Assembly (NCBI GenBank): GCA_951406725.2
Contig: OX597828.1
Location: forward strand, 9,362,001 to 9,426,000
Length of the DNA stretch: 64,000 bases
Source of the DNA: Octopus vulgaris
Taxonomy: Eukaryota
Direction of reading: 5' to 3'
A program made the position numbers and the translations under genes. The notes below the pieces were generated by a model, which saw only the letters and a list, made by a program, of their open reading frames with translations, ran no database searches and was not told where the DNA came from. This document shows positions 54,725-64,000 of this stretch, piece by piece (the stretch's first letter is position 1; the number at the start of each line of letters is the position of its first letter).

Positions 54725-55355
54725 TCATATATAACATTTCAACTTGTTCTCGACTACTGATATCGTTATCTGTGTATATATTCAAGCTAAGTATATATAC
54801 ACATCAGTGCATGAATGGATATAATATCCACATAATTATGTTTTCCGGATGCTTATAAATGAAGGAGTCTACAAATGAATTTTTCTGATCAAATGATTCA
54901 GCCATCCTAAATTAAAAACATTTCCGGTTGAAGTCATAAGCTTTTCTAGCTGTAGTATGCTCTTTGTATAAAGCTCCTTGTAGTTACCGCTTCCCGCTCC
55001 ACATTCTTCTTCGTGTGTCTTGAAGATGTAGATGGTTACCGTCTCACACTGATTTCATTCGTCTCGCACCACTATCTCCTGAGTTTTCTCACGGAATTCT
55101 CCTTTTCACATTACATAGAAACCCACCATAAATGACAACTTGTTAAATAGCGTTCTTTTGTCTACATTTTCCTCTTGGTTCAAAGCCTTCTTGTTTGTTT
55201 ATCTGGTTTCAAGCCTTAGCTCTTACAATTTTTCACTGCTTCAACTTATAAATTTCTCTTATTTTGTTCATTCTATACTTCAAATCATTCACAGCTACTC
55301 CCGTTTTCTCCCTTTTAACATCCTGTACTCATTTATATATATATATATATATAAT

Positions 55356-55871
<516 letters not shown>

Positions 55872-55911
55872 AATGAAAGACGGGAGATGGAATATACAAG
55901 AATTATCAGTA

Positions 55912-56017
55912 ATCACGATAATTGTTTCGGCGCAGCTAGCATCGATCCCTCATGGGTGGGAGACTTAACAATTGCTTCAGGATCATCCGGCGGCGCAGAT
56001 GTGTCTCATCAGATGAT
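55912..56017 (-). ncRNA. Degenerate hammerhead motif with very long stem II region
   Basis: Minus strand: atcat-CTGATGA-gacacatct...agctgcgcc-GAAA-caatta-TC-gtgat; stem I pairs, stems II and III carry mismatches. Confidence 0.5.
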
Positions 56018-56422
56018 AAATATATAGAATTCGTTAAAGCAATAGTTCCACAATGTATCTTCTCATTTCGTAGAATGTAAAACAGAAAAAGGAAGGAAAT
56101 ATTATCATTATATAACTGATCAACAATAAAATCACAGATGAAAAAAGAAACGAACATACGAACACACACAATCATATATACGTGTGTATGCGTAAAAATC
56201 TCGTTTTACGAACCATATAGAATTAGATTCAGTTCCGCTGCACGCTAATTTGGGTATAAGCCTTCTATCATATCCTCAGACTAACCAATACATTGGAAGA
56301 ATAATTGTTACAGTCGACCACATTCACATTCAAGTTGGCCCTGGGATATAGTAGAACGCACATGCATAAGGTGCAGCGCGGGAGGACTGAATCCCAAACC
56401 ATAAGACTGCAAACGCACATAT

Positions 56423-56453
<31 letters not shown>

Positions 56454-56540
56454 CATGTATGTATGTATGTATGTATGTATGTATGTATGTATGTATGTAT
56501 GTATGTATGTATGCAGAACGATGAAAAGGAACACACGAGT

Positions 56541-57445
56541 GCCAAGGTAGAGAATGCTAAAATAATTTTAGGAAACCGCATTTCAGTAACGGTTTCAACA
56601 TTGAGACTTTTTCACCAGTAAGTATGGAAAAGAATTAAATTTCGGAAAAAATTAAAAGAAAAGTTTTTAAAAAGTATATTTGCATAGTATTCAAATACAA
56701 GGGGCATTTTCCTTGTTTCTGTCTTCTCTGTCTCTCTTGTTTACTCTTGTGGGTTCAAGGCCGTTGGGAATTCTTGGCAGAGAAGAAGAAAAAGAAGGAG
56801 GAGGACGAGAAGGGGAGGAGGTGGGGGAGAAGGAGGGGGAGAAGGAGGAGGAGGAAGGGAGAAGGAGGAGGGGGAGAAGGAGGGGTGAAGGAGGAGAAAG
56901 AAGAGGAGGAAAAGGAAGACCAGAAGAAAAATGTGGTAGTGCCATGATAGTAATAAGATGTTAAATAGTCAAGTGGCCTGAAAGTGATTTGTTGTGGATG
57001 GTAGTAGTGATTGAATGTCTTTTGCAAATATAAACAGTACATTCAAAGATATGTCTCAAGAATTCAATCGCTAATACTATCCACTGCAAGTCACTTTCAG
57101 GGCACTTGACGATTTAAAATTCTACTACTATTATGTACCCTGTATTTTCTTCTTGTCTTCGTCTCCCTCCTCCTTCTCCTCCTTCTTCTACTCCTCCTTC
57201 TTCTTCTCTGTCAAGAATTTACAACAACCTCGAACCAAGAAGAGTAAAAAAGAGAGACAGAGACAGACAGAAACGAGGAAAATGTCCCTTGTATTTGAAT
57301 ACTATGCCAATATACTTTAAAAAACTTTTCTTTTAATTTTTCCAAACTTTAATTGGTTTCCCTAATTACAGTTTCAATGACTGAAACCGGTGCCGAAATG
57401 TTTTTTATAAAATTATTTTAGCATTTTCTATCTTGACTTTTTTCC
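56541..57445. repeat. ~900-bp imperfect palindrome made of two inverted copies of the 52.4-kb Penelope-type family
   Basis: e.g. tcaaatacaaggggcattttcc / ggaaaatgtcccttgtatttga and gtcaagtggcctgaaagtga / tcactttcagggcacttgac; centre ~57020-57060. Confidence 0.8.
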
Positions 57446-57480
57446 ATATGTATAAATATATATATATGTGTGTGTGTGTG

Positions 57481-58370
57481 TAAAAGGGATGGCCTCTAAG
57501 TGGACATCCAATATGATAGAAGTAGGCCCCATATGGTCTGACCACTAAAAAAGTGTGTTCTCAAGAATATTCAGCAAACGACACAACGTAACCGAGCAAG
57601 ACAAATGAAAGGATACAAATTATAATGATTAGTCATATACCTGGTTTCATTATTACCACTTACATAATTATTTATGTAAATGTCCGAAGTTCATCATTGT
57701 GACCGTTTTGAAAAATATAATTTGCAGAACTAGACACGAGACATGCACACGAGAATGAACATGTATATAGTTTCCCAATTACATTTGGGGGTAAATTTCA
57801 AAAGTCTTCGATTTGGCGCGCTAAAAACCGGAAATATCTATGCAGAAAATAATTCTCAGCAGTGAATAATACCGGTTAGAGAACATGGCTATTTAAATTT
57901 AGATAATGAGAGTAAAAACTTGAATGTTAATTTGATTAGCATCAATTTAAACAAGTGGCCTAGCATATGGAAAAAAAACTAGAAATTCAGAAAAATGTTA
58001 CTACATATATATAAGAGGGATGACCATTACGTGGACATCGAATATGCTAGAAGTAGACCCAATAAAGTCTGAGCACTAAGAAAGATTGTTCTCAAGAAAA
58101 TTCAGCAAACGCCACAAGGTAAGCGAGCAAGACAAATGAAAAGATACAAAATATATTGATTAGTCATTACCAGGTTTCATTGTTACCACTTAAATAATTA
58201 TATACGTAAATGTCCGAAAGTATATTGGATGTCCACTTAATGGTGATCCCTCTTATAAGTATGTAATATAATTTTTCTGAATATTCAGAATTTTTCAATA
58301 TGCTAGGACACTGGTCTAAATTAATGTTAATTAAATGAACATTCAATTTTTTAGCCTCATTGTTTAAATT
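57481..58370 (-). mobile_element. Penelope-type remnant with direct and inverted partial repeats and a degenerate hammerhead
   Basis: 57481-57690 repeated at 58011-58220; 58221-58370 is an inverted copy of ~57893-58045; minus strand gtcaca-ATGATGA...GAAA-ccagg-TA-tatgac at 57632-57703. Confidence 0.6.
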
Positions 58371-58417
58371 TATATACATATATGGATAGATATAAGTAGA
58401 TAGATAGATGGTTATAT

Positions 58418-58467
<50 letters not shown>

Positions 58468-58491
58468 TATATATATATATATATATATATA

Positions 58492-59730
58492 CAGTGGTTG
58501 GACAAAATAATTGAAACAGCTTAACATTTCAAATCAATTTTTTTAACATGTGATAGGACCGCATTTGGCAGTAATTACAGCTTGAATTCTTACAGTTATG
58601 GACTCGTACAAACTTTGAATTGTTTCCAAAGGAATTTTTCTCCATTCTTCAGTTAAAATAGGCTCCTTACTTGTTTTTCTAAAATGCACAATAAATATTC
58701 AATAATATTGTAATCTGGGGACTGCGGTGGCCAGATAAAATGTTCAAATTCACTAGAATGTTCCTCGTACCATTCAGTAACAACTTTAGCTGCGTGAATT
58801 GGTGCGCTATCATCATGAATGTTTGCGTTTCCTTCCAGAAACAGTTCTGCAAATATAGGATGAATTTTATCAGACAAAATGTTTAAGTAATCTTCACTGT
58901 TAATTCTGCCATGAAGGGAAACCATTGGGCCGGCGGATTTCCAAGATATAGCCCCGCAGATCATCACAGATCCGCCTCCATGTTTAACAGTTGGAAGATG
59001 GCAATCTGGGTTAAGTGCTTCTTGTGGTTCTCTCCACTTGTATACTAGGCTGGTGGTCGGAAATAAGGTAAAGGATGACTTGTAAAGAGAAAATAACATT
59101 CTTCCACTGCTCTGGGAACCGATTCTGTAGGTTTTTAATCAATTCTAAATGCTTTGCAACGTTTGTTTTTGAGAGAAGCGGTTTTCCGATTGCAGCCCTC
59201 CCATGAATTCCGGCCTTGTGCAGCTCCCGACGAATGATTTTTGTGAAAACTGGGTTCTCGAGGCGGACATTAAGCTCTGCCGGAATTTTGGAGGCTGCAC
59301 TTATGTGATCCTTTCCAACAATTCGCGTAAAAGTCCGAGGATCACTATCTGAAAGTTTTGGTTTTCTCCCAGAGTTTCGTTTCGACGAGCAGGTTTTTCC
59401 CTCTTTCCCAAAGGTTTTCATTATTTTCGATACACCAAACATTTCGGCTGTTTTCGTTACGCTAGCGCCTGCCATACGAGCACCAACAATTTGACCTCGT
59501 TGAAAGTCCGATAGATTTGTCATTTTAATCAATTTTGATTACTTTCTCCTCATGATATCTGAAAAGAAACAGCAATTTTTAGCAAAACATACTAAGCAGC
59601 ACTTAGTAAATAAAGCGGCACTTAGCAAACAAAAAAACATAAAAAGAAACACGCTTTTGGCGGTTTTATAGATATTTCAAAATTATGATGCTATAATATT
59701 AGGCATTTCCATTATTTTGTCCAACCCCTG
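58492..59730 (-). mobile_element. Tc1-family DNA transposon, 1239 bp, ~30-bp TIRs, TA target duplication
   Basis: TIRs cagtggttggacaaaataattgaaa / tttccattattttgtccaacccctg; TA at 58490-58491 and 59731-59732. Confidence 0.93.
58653..59532 (-). pseudogene. Frameshifted Tc1 transposase, D-36-E spacing
   Basis: LSDFQRGQIVGAR..GRKPKLS (HTH/GRPR-like), WKNVIFS, PTVKHGGGSVMI, HDDSAPIH, WPPQSPDYNIIE; 36 residues counted between the second D of HDD and the E. Confidence 0.9.
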
Positions 59731-61758
59731 TATATGTATTTGTGTGTGTGTGTGTGTCTTTCTGTCAATCTGTGTCTTTCTGCGTGTGTGTCTGTGTATA
59801 TGTATGTAGTATTTATGTTAGTCATGGCATATCTTCGTTTCTGAATTATGTTTATATTTATTGCGAAATTATTGTGTGGCATAGTGAAGCCTTCCTTGAG
59901 TTGAGTATATTATATATTGTATATGTTCATCTGATTCATTCCGGAAGCCATCTGCTCATATCTGACGACCATATGATATTTAATTATTATGTGCATGTAT
60001 AGTAGCAGGTAAATATTTCCTGTTGTTAGATATAAACAATGTCACTTATTTAAAATTGACTCCCAAATATCGGTAATATCTTAATATATCCCTTGTAAAT
60101 AACTGCTTTGCTGTAATTTATGTGAGTTAACATATGTGTGTTTTGTAGTGCATTTGTTGATAACTTGTTAAATTAGTAATAATTAGCATTGACTTGGGCT
60201 CCTCTGTCAAATCTAACAGGACGGAGTTGTCATCAAATGCATTTCAGTTATGGTCTTATTTTCAACGAAAATGCATCGAATATGTAATGTCTATCCAAAA
60301 TATGCTTGATGTCTTTGGTTAATCATGTTAGACAACATTAACCAGCCAATCCTTTCTCTCTCAACGAAAAACTGTAATTTAAAGGAGAACTTATCTGCTA
60401 TATTTTGCACATTCAGTAACCATATAAATGTTCTCTGATTGCTTTGGCATCGTAAATTTTAAAACTACATATAATCTCATTTACTGAACCTCTACAGAAT
60501 TTTCATGGATGATACTATGACTTATTATTACCTTTAAATGCATATATTTATTGCAGTATAATCACAATATAAGTCTACCAATAGTAATAGTTATCTATCT
60601 ATTGTGAAGGGAAATTCCTGTGGCTTCTATATAGTTTGTCACTTTTATTTTTCTACTAACTACCCGTACAAGTATTGGAAAAAATTATAACTTAACGCAA
60701 TAAATTTATTTTTACTTGTTCGTTATTCGATAAGTCACTCAAAACCATTTCCCCTTGATATTTGTAAATTTAAACCCTGTTAGACAAAGCCGATGATTCA
60801 TTGCATGTACAAGAAAAAGTTTCATGGATATTTTAAATGAAACAGAATTACGTAATAAAATAATATCTGTTTGAATGCAACTGCTGTTGAAGGAAAAACA
60901 ATTCTTATGGTTTCTATATATCATATTTGTGGCACTTTTTTGCCATTTAATCATTGTACTTATTATATATTTTATGTCAAAAGTTCACACAATCGTTGTC
61001 GTTTATGAGTTATGACAAAAGTTGAACGAAACTATTTTTGTTCTAACGTTTTTCGTTTGTTCGCTTGTATTTATAAAACGCAATACAAAGTTATATAAAG
61101 GGATGAAGCAATTTGTAAGAACATATTAATTTTTTTTTCTACACGGATATCGATAGCACCGAAAAAGAGTTACCTAATGATATATTGTTTAAACAATAAT
61201 ACCGCTGTTTAAAACTTACAGCAAAACCACCGCCAGCTTAAACGTACATATTGAAAATTAGTTATCTACGGTAAGTAAGCTTAACGTGTGTCCGTGAATA
61301 AATATTTGAAAAGCTGGTTAGTTGATATGAACCGGCGTCTTTTCACTTGTTTACCCGGCGGTCTATTGACTTCAACATACCTTCAATTGTATTTTTACAC
61401 ATATATAAAACACTTTAAAAGTTTCGTTTTTTTTTTATTCTTCTCGTATATTTGTAAATTAAATGTAGTGAGTACAAAACATTATTTCTCCCAGAGCACC
61501 AAATTCCGACGAAATCCATTGTAAGTATTTCTGATAACAGTAAACAAGCATCGCATTAGGAAGTGAAGCATGGAAACATTTTACTTAAATGCAGTGTCGA
61601 TGACAATAAAGTAAATGATATGGTTTGATACACAGCCAAAAAGTTAATCACTTGAAATTGATAACATATCACATCAAGATCATTTACCTACATATATATA
61701 TATATGGATAGATAGATAGATTCATGTGTATATATACATACATGTACGTATACTTATA

Positions 61759-61825
<67 letters not shown>

Positions 61826-61899
61826 TATATACATATATATATATATACATATATATATACATATATATATACATATATATATACGTATATATATATACA

Positions 61900-61949
<50 letters not shown>

Positions 61950-62486
61950 CATACATATATATATATATGTATGTATAGATAGATAGATATAGACGCAAAT
62001 ACACGCACACACACATGCGTACATTCATACCTATATTTTCTACGGTGAATGGCTTTCGAAAGTGCTGAATGATCACCATCATCTGATATCAATTTGCCAT
62101 ACATTGAATAGACTGCGACACACTGTTGCAATTCAGAAAACTTTTAGATGTTTACAAACGGAAGTTTTATGGTTCAGCTTTAAAGTGATGAGACAGGTTG
62201 TTGGAACGAATTGAATTCGTACTATCCTATGGCATATTGATACACCTTATTAGCAACCATATGTATAGCACAACACATCAATCACAGCCTCTGAGAAAGA
62301 TATCTATTTTGGTCTTTAAATATAATAATTGTGGCATATATGTGTGTCTGCGTATGCGTGTGTGCGCGCATGTGTGTGTGCGCGTATGTATGAATATATA
62401 TATATCTATACATATATTTATGCATTATATAAGTATTGATCGGTCGATAGATAGATCTTTATATAGACAATATATATATATATGTA

Positions 62487-62523
<37 letters not shown>

Positions 62524-62648
62524 AAAAAAAGTCACGATAGAAAATGCTAAAAGTGTTTTCTCTATCTTTTCTCTATTCACACACCCTGTCCAGTCTTCTG
62601 AACCCCTTCATTATGCAGGTGCTCCTAATTCTTTGTGCATTCACTCTG

Positions 62649-62693
<45 letters not shown>

Positions 62694-63385
62694 AACGATA
62701 AACAAGTACGTCACCTTGTGTACGCATGCCTATAAAGTTATGTCAGACCGAAGATATTAGTCGTGTGCGTCTGAAAGTGAGCTTGCAACCCTACAAAGTG
62801 GACAGTGGTTCCCAAGATCGAATGCACATCGTATGGGATTAAGTGTACGAAATGTGGTTTCATGTTTATTATGAGCTGAAGAAATTTATGTCTAACCAGT
62901 ATACACATATTCGATACAGAGTCCAGTCACCAATGATATTTTATTAATTACCATATTGAAATAGAAATTTCCCTTATATTACCATCACTCAAAAGTCAGT
63001 TTTATATCTAATGTAGTAGGAAAAATCTAACATTTACACACAAGTTCATCATTGATGTGTTTGAGTATAGGAAGCATATTTAGGAGACGTAACCCAAATT
63101 AGAATATAATTGCAAGGTATATGAAAGAATATCATATGACAATAACCACCCACGAATCGTGGTCTACATGTTCGAGCAGTTATGCAATACCAAACCATTA
63201 TGCAAATACAGCCTCGTTCTTCACGTGGGGTCACTTTTATAAAATAAACTTAGTAATATTAAAAACTTTAGAATGATTTAGATTTAGGCAAAATCACATT
63301 TAGTATCTGTTTGCGTGGGATGCTTTTGAAGACCACATGCGACTTGACTGGTAACGAAAGGAACATAAACATTGACATTCCAGAT

Positions 63386-63422
<37 letters not shown>

Positions 63423-63561
63423 GAGAGGTAATGGTGTCAAGAAGACCCAAAGGTGTTAGGTAATACTGAGAAAGTGGTATGGACAGATTATAGTTAAGCT
63501 TGGTGATTATGCAAATGGGGAGGCCAACGGAGGTCATATATTAGCATGCATATATGTAAAA

Positions 63562-63963
63562 AATTAACAGAATGAGATAAAAATCCAAGGCTGGGAAAGA
63601 TTTCAGAATATTTATAAATAGAATGAGTTACAGCTGTTTCCGGGATATTTTATATATTCTTTCATCGGAGTCGGTGCGAGAAAATGGTTACACAATAGTT
63701 TTTCTAGAGAAGATTAAAATAGAGAGTGAAGTGGAGGAATGAAAACAAACGTGGGATATGCAGGGATATTGTGCCTGCAGTTCCATTATTTAAGCAGAAT
63801 GGTATACATATACGTTTTCTAGAATAACTATTGCGTTAACATTTTTTCGCATCGCCTCCGATGAAGGAATATACAAAATATCACGAAAACAGCTGTAAGA
63901 CGTCCACATTATAAATGTCCTAAAATGTTTCACAGCCTTGGATTTTTATCTCATTTTGTTAAT

Positions 63964-63964
<1 letters not shown>
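63562..63964. mobile_element. Inverted pair of Penelope-type pseudo-LTR fragments, each with a CCGAUGA hammerhead-like motif, adjacent to (TA)n
   Basis: 63562-63690 is the reverse complement of 63837-63964 (aatgagataaaaatccaaggctg / cagccttggatttttatctcatt); both arms read ctCCGATGAa...GAAA(a)cagctg-TA. Confidence 0.7.

Positions 63965-64000
<36 letters not shown>

Noticed and set aside
62045-62780. Additional hammerhead-like strings (CAGATGA at ~62075 minus; CCGAAGA at ~62748 plus)
   Set aside because: Stems do not pair convincingly; indistinguishable from chance.

Overview
AT-rich, microsatellite-saturated eukaryotic DNA, most likely intergenic or intronic. The SINE families and (TA)n/(ATT)n density resemble an octopus (cephalopod) genome; this is an inference. 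No host protein-coding gene is confidently visible, and most ORFs in the track are microsatellite artefacts. Recognisable content: a near full-length, frameshifted Penelope-like retroelement (RT + C-terminal GIY-YIG, direct pseudo-LTRs, inserted in (TA)n); a complete Tc1-type transposon with D36E spacing; two mariner relics; a Merlin-type MITE carrying telomere-like repeats; R4/Dong-, RTE- and Tx1-like LINE relics; and three tRNA-derived SINE families, one forming internal tandem arrays. The most notable signal is a set of at least 9 minimal type-I hammerhead-ribozyme-like motifs in short Penelope-type repeats inside microsatellites. Several carry family-specific non-canonical cores: a compensatory U3:A8 core (UUGAAAA) in the autonomous element and in a non-autonomous family, an A6U core, and a U4C core. 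All structures were read by eye; no folding or database search was run.
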